Made by a program: the position numbers and the translations under genes. Positions 18,957 through 29,437 of a stretch of DNA of 64,000 nucleotides are shown here, piece by piece (position 1 is the stretch's first letter; every line of letters begins with the position of its first letter). The stretch is taken from the NCBI GenBank assembly GCA_943356775.1, contig CALRFU010000004.1, forward strand, positions 8,546 through 72,545, in the 5' to 3' direction. Source of the stretch: Candidatus Nomurabacteria bacterium (GTDB lineage Bacteria > Patescibacteriota > Minisyncoccia > Phycocordibacterales > UBA2100). The notes under the pieces were generated by a model. It searched no databases and had not been told where the DNA came from. It saw only the letters and a list, made by a program, of their open reading frames with translations.

Positions 18957-20501
18957 ATGGGTAAAAAACAAAAAATCGCTTCGGGATTCGCGCGCGTCTT
19001 CGGCGCACAGCCGATGCTGCCCAAAGGTACGGTCGTCTCGGTGGAGTGCGATATCGCAAAAGGTCTCCACGCGTTCACCATCGTTGGCTTGCCTGACAAA
19101 TCCGTGGAGGAGGCAAAAGACCGCCTCGCTTCAGCGATAAAAAATAGTGACCTCGAATCGCCAAAGAAGACCAACAAGAAGATTGTTATCTCACTCGCGC
19201 CCGCCGCACTCAAGAAAGAGGGCGCGGCGTTCGATCTGCCGCTTGCGCTCTCGTATCTGCTCGCATCCGAACAAGTGATTTTCGATCCGAGTGGGAAATT
19301 ATTTGCCGGTGAACTTTCGCTCGACGGCACACTCTCTCCGATTCTCGGCTGCCTCGCCATCGCAGTCGCTGCGCGCGACGCCGGATTCACAGACATATAC
19401 GTGCCGGAAGAAAACGCGGACGAAGCGTCGCTCATCTCCGAATTGCGCATCCACCCCGTCGCCTCCTTATCGGACGCACTCGAACAGCTGACGAAACCCG
19501 ACGCAAAGAAAAATCCTGTACGTCGCACGCCCCGCACGCACGTGCATGATGACGAGGCGCTCGACGAAATCCGCGGTCAGACAAGCGCAAAGCGGGGACT
19601 CATCATCGCGGCGGCTGGCGGACACAACATCGCCCTGTACGGACCGCCCGGCACCGGGAAGACTTTGCTTGCCCGCGCGACGGTTTCTATTCTCCCCGAC
19701 CTCTCGGAAGAGGAGATGATAGAGGTAACGACCATTCATTCGCTCTCGGGCACACTAAACGGTGCCGCGATATTCCGCCCACCCTTCCGCTCGCCGCACC
19801 ACACCTCCTCGTATGCCGCTCTCATCGGTGGGGGCTCCGCAGGTATACGCCCCGGGGAAGCCACGCTCGCGCATCGCGGCGTACTTTTCGCGGACGAATT
19901 CCCCGAATTTCATCGGGACGTTATTAATGCCCTGCGCGAGCCGCTCGAAGACCGCGTGATATCCATCGCGCGCGCCAGAGGCTCGGCGGTATTTCCCGCC
20001 AATTTCATGCTCATCGCAGCCCTCAATCCGTGCCCGTGCGGATTTTGGGGAAGTCCACGTTGCAGATGCATGCCGCACCTCGTAGAAAAATACCGGAGGA
20101 AGATTTCCGGCCCTGTCGCCGACCGTATCGATATGTGGGTTTCTGTCGGAGAAATGCCGCCCGAGACGCTCTCCACACAGACAAAAAGAGGTAGGGGTGA
20201 GACCAAGCGCGCACGCGAAGAAGTCGGCGCGGCGCGCGCGCGACAGCGCGCGCGGTTCAAGGGAGTGCCCGATACTTCCACGAACGCCGACATGGGTCCG
20301 AAAGAAATTGAATCCCTTGCCGGGCTCTCGGCAAAAGCCGAAGAAACGCTGCAGGGTGCGGCACGTTCGATGAAACTATCGCCGCGCGGCTATCACCGCA
20401 CCATCAAACTCGCGAGAACAATAGCCGACCTCGCCGCATCGGAGAATATCGAACCGTCTCATATGCTCGAGGCCTTACAATACCGGGCGAGGGAACTATA
20501 G
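18957..20501 (+). CDS. comM: YifB/ComM family Mg-chelatase-like AAA+ ATPase
   Basis: The product contains FTIVGLPD, the Walker A motif GPPGTGKT, and the C-terminal ChlI-like domain. Confidence 0.85.
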   Translation: MGKKQKIASGFARVFGAQPMLPKGTVVSVECDIAKGLHAFTIVGLPDKSVEEAKDRLASAIKNSDLESPKKTNKKIVISLAPAALKKEGAAFDLPLALSYLLASEQVIFDPSGKLFAGELSLDGTLSPILGCLAIAVAARDAGFTDIYVPEENADEASLISELRIHPVASLSDALEQLTKPDAKKNPVRRTPRTHVHDDEALDEIRGQTSAKRGLIIAAAGGHNIALYGPPGTGKTLLARATVSILPDLSEEEMIEVTTIHSLSGTLNGAAIFRPPFRSPHHTSSYAALIGGGSAGIRPGEATLAHRGVLFADEFPEFHRDVINALREPLEDRVISIARARGSAVFPANFMLIAALNPCPCGFWGSPRCRCMPHLVEKYRRKISGPVADRIDMWVSVGEMPPETLSTQTKRGRGETKRAREEVGAARARQRARFKGVPDTSTNADMGPKEIESLAGLSAKAEETLQGAARSMKLSPRGYHRTIKLARTIADLAASENIEPSHMLEALQYRAREL

Positions 20502-20623
20502 GAGACGAGCGTTGTCTTGTTATTCGCCGTTTATGAAAATAGTTTCACTCACACGTATCATGACGTAAAAACGAGGCCCGGGAGCAGCCTCGGCACGTAT
20601 GCCATAGCTTCTCCCGGGCATTC

Positions 20624-20992
20624 TTACGTCTGAAGCAGTCCGAGCACGCGCAACTTTGCCTCGAGCTTCTGCGAGTCGTAGCCACCCATGATGACCTCGT
20701 GGGCTCCGGCAGTTCGCAAGGAACCCGCGCGTTCGAAATCAGAGTTCTTCAATATGGCGATGATTTTTTTGTCGCCGCTATCGAAGCCGCGAGCCGATCT
20801 GATTGCCTCCACCGCTCCGAAGGGCGGCAGCTCCGCGTCGATAACCAGCAGGTCGGGTTTCATTCGCCCGAGTACTGCGAGCATCGCATTTCCGTCGGCG
20901 ACACCTTCGGACTCGAAGAAAAGTGCGGTGAGCCCGTACAAGATAGCTCCGCGTGGGATTTGCAATCCGTGCGCAACCAAAGCTTTTTGCAT
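20624..20992 (-). CDS. Stand-alone response regulator receiver (CheY-like) domain protein
   Basis: The product contains KALVAHG...PDLLVIDAELP...KIIAILKNS. No sensor kinase gene lies adjacent. Confidence 0.65.
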   Translation of the reverse strand: MQKALVAHGLQIPRGAILYGLTALFFESEGVADGNAMLAVLGRMKPDLLVIDAELPPFGAVEAIRSARGFDSGDKKIIAILKNSDFERAGSLRTAGAHEVIMGGYDSQKLEAKLRVLGLLQT

Positions 20993-21177
20993 TGTTCGTC
21001 TCCTCAGCATTTGCACCATCTGGTTCTAGAACCAGTCCGTGCCGGACACCACTATAGTCGAGACGGGCACTTCTTCAAATTGCTTGGCAGAACCGTGCGC
21101 CTGAGGTAGATTCGTGCGAGGATTGTTCGAACATATCGCATGCCCGAGCGTATCGGGCCCTAGAAGAGGAGGCACGG

Positions 21178-21654
21178 ATGGTGATGTTTCTCTTGCTGCC
21201 CTTCGCACATTTCGCGAAGCTACGGCGTCCCATACTTATCGCCTGCGTTCTCCTCTATTTCTGGTGGGAGACATTTCTGCGACAGCTGGCGAAATATGTC
21301 ATTGTGGGCGGTATCGCAACCCTGTTGTACTGGACCATCTACGGCGCATTGCTGGTGCTTACGACGGTCTGGTACATCTATGCTTCGTGTGCCGCAGTCG
21401 TTATCGTATTTCTGCTCAAATTCGTAGTACAGAAAAAGTGGGTGTTCGAGAATGCTGGCAGAGCTCATGCTCTCGTCCTTGCTCAAGCCATTCTCCTCGC
21501 AGGCAAGTACACCATCTTCTCTGGAATGAATACCGCTCTACTCTACTCGTTCGTGGAGTTCGGAGGTCTTGGCAAAATGAGCGGCGCAATCGTCGCGACC
21601 CTCTGTCTCGGACTCTTCAGTTTTTTCGCATCTCGATGGGTCTTCAAGACTTGA
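21178..21654 (+). CDS. GtrA-family membrane protein (polysaccharide biosynthesis flippase-like)
   Basis: The product contains LRQLAKYVIVGGIATLLYWTIYGALL and four TM helices. The exact start is uncertain. Confidence 0.55.
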   Translation: MVMFLLLPFAHFAKLRRPILIACVLLYFWWETFLRQLAKYVIVGGIATLLYWTIYGALLVLTTVWYIYASCAAVVIVFLLKFVVQKKWVFENAGRAHALVLAQAILLAGKYTIFSGMNTALLYSFVEFGGLGKMSGAIVATLCLGLFSFFASRWVFKT

Positions 21655-21765
21655 AATCCCCGGCACGGGCGGCCGGGGATTTCTCTTTTACCCTAGGTCA
21701 TACGAATCCCAATACTTAGTTTCAAACCTACGTATTGGGATGTCGATTAAATTTGATTGCGATGG

Positions 21766-22773
21766 TCAGATCGTCTCCTTGCTGTCCGAAAAATACACTT
21801 TCGCTTTTGGAATACCAAGTGATTTGAGGCGCTTGAGGGTAAAATCTTGCATTGGTTTTTCGCCTTTGAATTTCACCACCTTGTTTTTATCTATCACCGC
21901 CCACGCGCCGACATCACGCAAGACATCGGTCTTGCTGAAGACGATATGTGTAACGCCGTTCATGCGGATGGCGCGTTCGAGCGTCTGCATATTCATCCAG
22001 TTGGTCTGGCGGCGGCGACCGGTCGTTGAGCCGAATTCCTCGCCGACATTTCCTATTCGGTCGAAGAGCTCCCCGTCGGGCTGGAATTTCTTGCTGCCGA
22101 CGTAGGTCTCATATATCTTCGCGACTCCCCAAACATCACGGACGGCATTCGACGGAAGACCGTTCAAAAGTGCGCCGGCGGTCGTACAGTGGCTCGAAGT
22201 AACAAATGGATAATCGCCCCAATCAATGTCGAGTCCGAATCCCTGCGCACCTTCGGCGAGAATGTAGACATCCTTTTTACTTCCGTACCACTCTTTGTAT
22301 AGGTCGACGAGGTACGGTTTGAGTTCAGAAACCTTTTCCGCACGCACACCCGTGCGTCCGTACTTGTCGCGATAGGCGGGGCCGTTGCCCCGGCCTGTCG
22401 TACCGATTGCGGCACCCTGCTGCTTATCCTCATTCTTGTGTGCGTCCGTGATGACGTGCGTGTTCTCCGCGATAAATATCTTTCCTTTGGTCTTCACGCC
22501 CCCCTCCTCGAGCATCTGTATCTCGCGGAAGAATTGCTCGGGGTCGAGGACACATCCGGAGCCGATGATGGATTTCACGCCGAAGAAAACGCCCGCTGGT
22601 ATGTGGTGGGTGACAAACTTCTTCCCTTTATGAAAAATCGTGTGGCCGGCGTTACATCCGCCGTTGTAGCGGAGCACGTGGGTATAGGAGTTCTTGTGGC
22701 TCAAATAGTGGGCAACTTTGCCTTTTCCGCAATCTCCATACTGGAGATCAACTATGACATCCATCGTTAACAC
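21766..22773 (-). CDS. purA: Adenylosuccinate synthetase, short archaeal-type form (about 335 aa)
   Basis: The product contains QYGDCGKGKV, GGCNAGHTI and GTTGRGNGPAY. Confidence 0.8.
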   Translation of the reverse strand: MLTMDVIVDLQYGDCGKGKVAHYLSHKNSYTHVLRYNGGCNAGHTIFHKGKKFVTHHIPAGVFFGVKSIIGSGCVLDPEQFFREIQMLEEGGVKTKGKIFIAENTHVITDAHKNEDKQQGAAIGTTGRGNGPAYRDKYGRTGVRAEKVSELKPYLVDLYKEWYGSKKDVYILAEGAQGFGLDIDWGDYPFVTSSHCTTAGALLNGLPSNAVRDVWGVAKIYETYVGSKKFQPDGELFDRIGNVGEEFGSTTGRRRQTNWMNMQTLERAIRMNGVTHIVFSKTDVLRDVGAWAVIDKNKVVKFKGEKPMQDFTLKRLKSLGIPKAKVYFSDSKETI

Positions 22774-22873
22774 AGCTGCCGCAGAATAACAGCTCGGAAG
22801 AGAAAAGGCAATCCCCCTGTTACTTGAAGTGGCGGAACAAGATTAACAAGTCGTGGATAATCTTACACATACA

Positions 22874-24067
22874 TTAGAAGGGGTTGCGGATGCCGTTGCG
22901 GATCTCGAAGTGGACGTGCGCACCGGTCGATTTACCGGTCGAGCCGACGTATCCGATGACCTGCCCTTGCTCCACGTGCTGCCCGGGGGATACGGCAACG
23001 GCGGATTGGTGTGCGTAGAGCGTTTGAGTCCCGTTTGTATGCTTGATGACGACATACCCGCCGTAGCCTGCGTTCCATCCCATGTCTTTGGCGATAAGCA
23101 CGTCACCCTCAGCGGCGGCGAGTATCGGGGTCCCGGTAGGCGCGGCGAGGTCGACTCCGTTGTATCCGTGGACGCCCTGCGTCCTCACACCACCCGCGAG
23201 CGGACGCATGTAGTATCCGATTTGCGTTTCATTTCCCCTAGACGAATTGAGTGTCGCTGCCAAAATGCCCGTCGCCCGCTTCACGGGCGGCGCTGTCACG
23301 GCGGTAATCTCACCGTCCGGGATGAGAATCTGCGCACCCACCGCAAGTAGGGAATCATCGATACCGTTGAACGTCGCGATTTCTGTCGCATCCGCGCCGA
23401 AGCGCTTAGCAACAGAAGAAATAGTGTCTCCCTTCTTAACTGTGTATTTCACCCCTGTGACAGGCAAAATGGTAAGTGTTTGCCCTACCTGCAAAGCACT
23501 CCCCCGCGGCAAATCATTGGCCCAGAGGATGGTGTTGGAAGAAACGCCGAAGAGTTTCGCAATACCGCTCAACGTATCACCCTCGCGCACGATGTAGACG
23601 CTGATCATCGAGTTCTTCGGCTTATCTATATCCGCAAGAGTGCCGGAAGGCCCTTCCGACGGCATAAGCGCCGAGTCATCGACGATGATGATGTCTCCAC
23701 CTCCTTTGCCGGCCGTAGGGTTCACATTCATTGCCGGCTTCGGAAGAACCATTGTTTGAAGGTTGCCGCCCCCGAAAGACACCTCGGTCTGCTTTTCCGA
23801 AGGATGGAAGACGGCAGAGACGAAATCTCCCAAAACACTTGCCCGCGCGGTCGCGGGCATGAGCACTCCGGAAATGAGCACGAGAGATATGAGAGTCGCC
23901 GCTCGTTTAGTCGCGGCAACGCCAAAGCGAGCCGATGGAGCGGTTTTAGACGAGCTATATTTCATCACTCGCGGGTGTGCCAATCCCGGGAGTGAATCCT
24001 TAGTTTTTCTTACTTGTATAAGCCGTTTTCGATGGTTCTCCGTCTTTCCCTCTTGAATCGACAGCAA
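22874..24067 (-). CDS. Secreted M23 metallopeptidase with two LysM domains
   Basis: The LysM domains read YIVREGDTLSGIAKLFGV and YTVKKGDTISSVAKRFGA. The C-terminal M23 domain reads HGYNGVDLAAPTGTPI...HVHFEI. Confidence 0.8.
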   Translation of the reverse strand: MLSIQEGKTENHRKRLIQVRKTKDSLPGLAHPRVMKYSSSKTAPSARFGVAATKRAATLISLVLISGVLMPATARASVLGDFVSAVFHPSEKQTEVSFGGGNLQTMVLPKPAMNVNPTAGKGGGDIIIVDDSALMPSEGPSGTLADIDKPKNSMISVYIVREGDTLSGIAKLFGVSSNTILWANDLPRGSALQVGQTLTILPVTGVKYTVKKGDTISSVAKRFGADATEIATFNGIDDSLLAVGAQILIPDGEITAVTAPPVKRATGILAATLNSSRGNETQIGYYMRPLAGGVRTQGVHGYNGVDLAAPTGTPILAAAEGDVLIAKDMGWNAGYGGYVVIKHTNGTQTLYAHQSAVAVSPGQHVEQGQVIGYVGSTGKSTGAHVHFEIRNGIRNPF

Positions 24068-24348
24068 ACCGATTTCAGCGACTTTCCATCAGCTTTCATA
24101 GGGAAAAGGGAACTCCTTTTTGCTCCCCTCTGATATAGCTAGACGATAAGCCGTATTTAGCGATGGCACGATGGATTTGTCTGGAATTTGGCTCTAAATC
24201 TCACTTTTTTGAGATCCGGCCTCGGGATAGGTACGGCGGTGCCACCGATTGGTTCACTCTACCTTCATGCTCATCGCGGCGTCAACCGTGCTAATATTGT
24301 ACCAGGGGATAGCTTTTTGTCAATAGTTCGAGCAGCTTGTGATATAGT

Positions 24349-27300
24349 TTGCAAGTGAAATATCTCGAAGGCCTCAATACGGCTCAAAAGGAGGCTGTTT
24401 TGCACGTTGACGGCCCACTTTTGATTGTCGCGGGGGCCGGAGCAGGCAAAACTAAGACTATTGTGCACCGCATCGCACATCTAATAGAAGAGAATATACC
24501 CGCCTCGTCAATACTTGCCGTCACTTTCACCAACAAGGCCGCCGGCGAGATGCGCGACCGGGTCCGGAGCCTCCTCGAAGGCAAGCGGGGCGGGCTGCCT
24601 CTCGTTGCCACATTCCACTCACTGGGGGTCAGGCTCCTGCGGGAGTTCCACGAAGCAGCGGGAATACCGCGAGGTTTTAGTATTTGGGATCGCGACGACA
24701 GTTTGCGTGCTGTGAAAGCCGAGCTCAAACGTCTCGACACTGATGAATGGACGCCGCGACAGATACTCGGTGCCATATCGCGCGAGAAGGGCGGGGGAAA
24801 GACGCTCGCCGAGTACCGCGAACGTGCCTCAAGCCGACGGGAGCAAGCCGTCGCGCAATTATGGGAGCGGTACGAGCAGGCACTAAAAGAGGAGGACGGG
24901 CTCGACTTCGACGACTTGCTCGTACGGACCCTCTCGCTCGTACGCGAATCCCCTCAGATACTTTCTCTTTTGCAGAACCGCTGGCGCTATATCATCGTCG
25001 ATGAATATCAGGACACGAGCAGCGTGCAATACGAACTTATGAAGCTTTTGAGTGGTGAACGCGCCAATATGTGCGTCGTCGGTGACCTGGACCAATGTCT
25101 TGTTGCTGGCACAGAGATTACGATGGCGGATGGCAGCAAAAAGCCGATTGAATTCGTGCGCAAAGGCGACAGTATACTCTCTAATTACGGGGGCGGACGC
25201 ATGCGAGCCGCCAGAGTCACGCGTTCACGTTCACGTTTCTTCTCGGACGACCTTGTCGCACTCACATTCAAATCCGGAAAAAGACTCGTGAGTACGCCTA
25301 AACACATGCACTTCGCCGGATATAAACTGGGGATTGTTCCGCAGACGTATTTTACCTACCTCATGCACAAACGACAGGTTGGATGGCGTATGGGAGTCTC
25401 GCAAGTGTACACAAAAGGTCAGCGAGCGCCGATGGTTGGATTCCAGCAACGCTGCAATCATGAACACGCAGACAAAGTCTGGATTATCGGCACGCACACA
25501 TCGGTGAACGAGGCGCGCATTCTTGAATACACACTCTCACTAGAATACAGAATACCGACCCTCCCGTTCGTGGCGCGAAAAGGGATCAGCAAAAACGGGT
25601 ATGTACACGACCAACAGTCGATCTTCAGCATATTCAAATATTTCGATACCGAGACATCGGCGCGCGCGTTACTCAAGGCACGTGACCTCTCCTACGAATA
25701 CCCGCACCATCGCGCGCAAGCAACGACCGGCGGACGACGCAATATAATCATAACGCTGTGCGGAAGCGAAAGGAAGTCAACGGCGATGCACCGCATAAGT
25801 CTCGCCGCGAGTGATCCAATGGACAAACAAGCGCTTGAATCGATCGGACTCAGGGTACGTCCCGCAAAACGCGGATCACAAAACTGGCGATTTGAAACTG
25901 CGTACAAGGACTATGGTGTGTTGCGCGAGATCGTGAGAAAAATACAGGCAGTCCTACCACATGCGGAAGTCGTTGAAACGGCGCGTCTCGGCGGCAACAA
26001 AAAGCGCCCAAAAGACGGAAACTCTCTCCCGTATCTTCCAGCCGCTTCAATCATGCCCGGAATGGCGATGTTTGATGGGAAAAGCAATCACGCTATCGTT
26101 GAAAAAGTTGAGCGTATACCGACAAAAAATATCCGTGTGTATGATCTCGATATCGAAGGCACGCATAACTTCATCGCGAACGACATCATCACTCACAACT
26201 GCATCTACACGTGGCGGCAGGCGGAGATAGAGAACCTGCTCTCCTTTGAACGCGTGTTCCCGAATGTGAAGGTCGTCCGACTCGAACAAAATTACCGCTC
26301 CACACGGACAATCATCGCCGCGGCAAATGCAGTGATAGAAAAGAACACAAATCGCATCCCAAAAACACTTTTCAGCGAGAACGAGACCGGTGACCCTATC
26401 ACGATGCACGGCGCCTTAGACGAACGGTACGAAGCATGGTTTGTAGCCGAACAGGCGGCGGCACTCATCGACAAAGGCGTGCCCGCGCACGAGATAGCCG
26501 TCCTCTATAGAGAGAACTCCCAGTCGCGTGTACTTGAAGAAGCGCTTTTGCATGCGGGACTGCCATATCGCGTCCTGGGTACACGCTTCTTCGAACGCAA
26601 AGAGGTGAAGGATGTCCTTTCGTATCTTCGCGCCGCCGTCAATCCGAAAGGGAAGGGCGATCTCATGCGCATTGTCGGCGTACCTCCGCGCGGCATCGGC
26701 AAGGTAACGCTTGAGAAGATGTTTGCGGGGCAACCACTCGGCGCAGCCGGCTCAAAAGTCGCCGCGTTCCGGGAAACACTCGAGAAAATCCGCCACGCGG
26801 TGAATACGTTGCCCACGTCGGAGGCGGTGCGCTTTTGTATCGAAGCAAGCGGCATACAAAAGATGTACGGAGGCAAGACGGAGGAGGACGCTGAGCACCT
26901 CGGCAACGTGCGTGAACTTGCGAACCTCGCGGCAAAGTACGAAAGTGACGAACCCCCCGCGGGTATTGAACGGCTTTTGGAGGAAGCGGCGCTCCAGAGC
27001 GAGCAAGACGAACTCACTATCAATCAAGGCAAGAGCGGAATATCGCTCATGACGGTCCACGCGGCGAAAGGTTTGGAATTTGATGCGGTCTTCGTTGTCG
27101 GCTTGGAACAAGGACTGTTTCCTTCTATACGCAACGACGACTCACGTGACCCCGAGGAAGAGCGCCGCCTCTTCTATGTCGCGCTGACGCGGGCACGCAA
27201 GCATCTATTCCTCAGCTATGCCTACGAACGCACCAAATACGGCACCCGTGAGAGTGCACTGCCCTCAGAATTTCTTTCTGATATTGATGTGCGGTTACTC

Positions 27301-27369
27301 GCCGATGCGGAAAGCACCCCCGCGAAGAAGAGGCGTGGTCTTCTCGATGATTTCTATGAAATCCGTTAG
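24349..27369 (+). CDS. uvrD: UvrD/PcrA-family DNA helicase interrupted by an in-frame intein (TTG start)
   Basis: Motif I reads AGAGAGKTKT. Motif III GDLDQ|CIYTWRQA is split by a 368-aa insertion. The C-terminal helicase domains are intact. Confidence 0.85.
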   Translation: MQVKYLEGLNTAQKEAVLHVDGPLLIVAGAGAGKTKTIVHRIAHLIEENIPASSILAVTFTNKAAGEMRDRVRSLLEGKRGGLPLVATFHSLGVRLLREFHEAAGIPRGFSIWDRDDSLRAVKAELKRLDTDEWTPRQILGAISREKGGGKTLAEYRERASSRREQAVAQLWERYEQALKEEDGLDFDDLLVRTLSLVRESPQILSLLQNRWRYIIVDEYQDTSSVQYELMKLLSGERANMCVVGDLDQCLVAGTEITMADGSKKPIEFVRKGDSILSNYGGGRMRAARVTRSRSRFFSDDLVALTFKSGKRLVSTPKHMHFAGYKLGIVPQTYFTYLMHKRQVGWRMGVSQVYTKGQRAPMVGFQQRCNHEHADKVWIIGTHTSVNEARILEYTLSLEYRIPTLPFVARKGISKNGYVHDQQSIFSIFKYFDTETSARALLKARDLSYEYPHHRAQATTGGRRNIIITLCGSERKSTAMHRISLAASDPMDKQALESIGLRVRPAKRGSQNWRFETAYKDYGVLREIVRKIQAVLPHAEVVETARLGGNKKRPKDGNSLPYLPAASIMPGMAMFDGKSNHAIVEKVERIPTKNIRVYDLDIEGTHNFIANDIITHNCIYTWRQAEIENLLSFERVFPNVKVVRLEQNYRSTRTIIAAANAVIEKNTNRIPKTLFSENETGDPITMHGALDERYEAWFVAEQAAALIDKGVPAHEIAVLYRENSQSRVLEEALLHAGLPYRVLGTRFFERKEVKDVLSYLRAAVNPKGKGDLMRIVGVPPRGIGKVTLEKMFAGQPLGAAGSKVAAFRETLEKIRHAVNTLPTSEAVRFCIEASGIQKMYGGKTEEDAEHLGNVRELANLAAKYESDEPPAGIERLLEEAALQSEQDELTINQGKSGISLMTVHAAKGLEFDAVFVVGLEQGLFPSIRNDDSRDPEEERRLFYVALTRARKHLFLSYAYERTKYGTRESALPSEFLSDIDVRLLADAESTPAKKRRGLLDDFYEIR
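25096..26199 (+). mobile_element. Intein of 368 aa in UvrD motif III
   Basis: The N-terminal splice block is CLVAGTEITMADGS. Block B is TPKHMHF, block F is VYDLDIEGTHNF, and block G is NDIITHN followed by the +1 Cys. No clear LAGLIDADG or HNH motif was recognised in the central region. Confidence 0.8.
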
Positions 27370-28150
27370 AAAAGGAGCCAGACTTGGACAACACTTCCTC
27401 ACGGGGACATGGGCGGCTCACGCGCTGGCCGAGTCGGTACACGTATCTCCCGGCGAAACAATCCTTGAAATCGGGCCGGGTAAAGGTGCGCTCACCCGTG
27501 AACTTCTTACGACAGGCGGGCACGTGCTTGCCATAGAAAAAGATGAGGGGCTTGCGAACGGTCTCCTGGAAACTTTTGTGGGAGAAATAGCGTCGGGCGC
27601 GCTGCGCGTCGTCGCGGCCGACATTCGCGACTTTGCACCGAGAGAGTACGGTCTCGTGGCAGGGGAATACGTTCTCGCGGCAAATATTCCGTACTACATT
27701 ACCGGAGAGATCATCAGACAATTTCTGGAAACGGCATCCGCGCCGCGTGCAATGGCGCTCCTGATACAAAAAGAGGTCGCGGACCGCATCATCGCGCGGA
27801 ACGGCAAGGAGTCGATTCTCTCGCTCTCGGTCAAGGCATACGGAAACCCTTCTATAATCGCAAAAGTATCGCGAGGGAATTTCTCGCCGCCTCCTTCGGT
27901 GGATTCCGCAATACTGCTCGTAGAGGATATTTCCAAGAAATTCTTCGATGGATTTGAAGAGAAAATGTTTTTTAAAGTCGTAAAAGCGGGATTCGCCTCG
28001 AAGCGGAAATTCCTCGCGAATAATCTCGCGGTTGTTTTTGAAAAAGATTCGGTTCTGCATGCACTCGAAACGTGCGGCCTTTCAACAAAGGTGCGCGCGG
28101 AAGATGTGCCGCTTTTGAAGTGGGGAGCGCTTACACACAAATTGTCCTAG
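27356..28150 (+). CDS. rsmA: 16S rRNA (adenine1518/1519-N6)-dimethyltransferase
   Basis: The product contains LGQHFL, ILEIGPGKGALT and the NIPY motif (LAANIPYYIT). The start is set just before the uvrD stop. Confidence 0.85.
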   Translation: MKSVRKGARLGQHFLTGTWAAHALAESVHVSPGETILEIGPGKGALTRELLTTGGHVLAIEKDEGLANGLLETFVGEIASGALRVVAADIRDFAPREYGLVAGEYVLAANIPYYITGEIIRQFLETASAPRAMALLIQKEVADRIIARNGKESILSLSVKAYGNPSIIAKVSRGNFSPPPSVDSAILLVEDISKKFFDGFEEKMFFKVVKAGFASKRKFLANNLAVVFEKDSVLHALETCGLSTKVRAEDVPLLKWGALTHKLS

Positions 28151-28191
28151 TCGCCGCACGCCCCACCCGTTGGATGCCGTATACTATCCGT

Positions 28192-28506
28192 ATGCGGATT
28201 GCGTCTTTTATTTCCGGACTGCTCCTCCTTGCCTCACCTGCGTTTGCCTTCGCCTTTCCTTTCGGCGGACAAGCCGGTATCGTTATCCCTTGTTACAATC
28301 AGGCCATTTACGCGAACTTAGGTCCTCCGCGCGGTGGTCCGTACGTATGGACGCCATCGACAAAGACATACCAATTCGGCCCTCCAACTCATGCGGGGCA
28401 ATGGCTCCTCGGCCTTGCGAGCGCACCCTACTACTGCATCGTTTCAAACCAGCCCGTCATCGTCTGGCCGGGCACATACATTACGATGATGGGCTCGAGT
28501 CAGTAA
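28192..28506 (+). CDS. Small secreted protein with a signal peptide; first gene of the type IV secretion-like array
   Basis: The N-terminus is MRIASFISGLLLLASPAFAFA. Confidence 0.4.
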   Translation: MRIASFISGLLLLASPAFAFAFPFGGQAGIVIPCYNQAIYANLGPPRGGPYVWTPSTKTYQFGPPTHAGQWLLGLASAPYYCIVSNQPVIVWPGTYITMMGSSQ

Positions 28507-28507
28507 T

Positions 28508-29395
28508 ATGGAATGGGCCCGCACACATCCGTATACCGCCGCACTGTGCGCAGCGGGAATTCTCGTTCTCATGGGAGTATTCATCGTGGCGAGCCGGGCT
28601 GCACAACCGGCAGGGACACGCGCGACCACATGGGGAGGAGAGGCCGCACCCCTTTTGAATCCGACCTCGAACAATAATCCTCAAGCCACACCGGGCGGCA
28701 TGCCAACCACACAGCCGGTACAAGACGGTCCGCCGTATACCTATATTGCGCCGAGCTTCTCGACCTCTCCGTCTTCTGAAGAAGAGAGTTCGTATGACTT
28801 TGCCGCTTTCATAACGAAACTCACGAAGGAATCCTCCTCGAAAGGGCAACCCGAGGCGCCCGCCGACGATTCCCTCCTCAGCGCCTATGCATACATTCCT
28901 CGTGGACTCATGAGCACTACTTCCATCTCACGCCCACAGAGGACAGCGCTCCAACAAGAGCTCTATGACTACGGCAATGATATCGGTTCGACGATTGAAT
29001 CGCATGAACAGCAACACTCAAATACGATTCAAATACTAAAAGGGCAAGTCGAAGACCGCACAAACCCTGAAAAGGCGGCTGCCGTCGTGCGAATAGGACG
29101 CGACCTACAGGAGCTAGGGGAGAGTCTGGCCGCTATGGAGACGGTACCGTCAACCATCTCTTCCACGCACGATGCCCTCGCACGAAGCTACATCGAAATC
29201 GGAAAAAATCTTGCGCTCATACCAAGCGCCGAGCGCGATAGCGACTTTATTGCAGCTATTCAGACCTACAACTCATCCGCAGACACGTTTACAAGAAACT
29301 ACATCCAGCTTGTGTCACTCTTCGGGGCGCACGGCGTAACGTTCGCCGCAAGTGATTCGGGAAAAGTCTTCTCTTTTAGTCCGACCGGGTTTTAG
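28508..29395 (+). CDS. Hypothetical membrane-anchored protein with an N-terminal TM segment and an extracytoplasmic alpha-helical domain
   Basis: The gene follows the upstream gene's stop after one intervening base. The product has TM segment LCAAGILVLMGVFIV and shares its architecture with the next gene. Confidence 0.45.
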   Translation: MEWARTHPYTAALCAAGILVLMGVFIVASRAAQPAGTRATTWGGEAAPLLNPTSNNNPQATPGGMPTTQPVQDGPPYTYIAPSFSTSPSSEEESSYDFAAFITKLTKESSSKGQPEAPADDSLLSAYAYIPRGLMSTTSISRPQRTALQQELYDYGNDIGSTIESHEQQHSNTIQILKGQVEDRTNPEKAAAVVRIGRDLQELGESLAAMETVPSTISSTHDALARSYIEIGKNLALIPSAERDSDFIAAIQTYNSSADTFTRNYIQLVSLFGAHGVTFAASDSGKVFSFSPTGF

Positions 29396-29437
29396 AGAGC
29401 CTCTGCAAATACCCAAATCCACTAAACCCCTTCAGAC

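Noticed and set aside
26505-28060. Minus-strand ORFs (172, 119 and 282 aa) opposite uvrD and rsmA
   Set aside because: They are antisense to confidently identified genes. They are Arg/Ser-rich and show no motifs.
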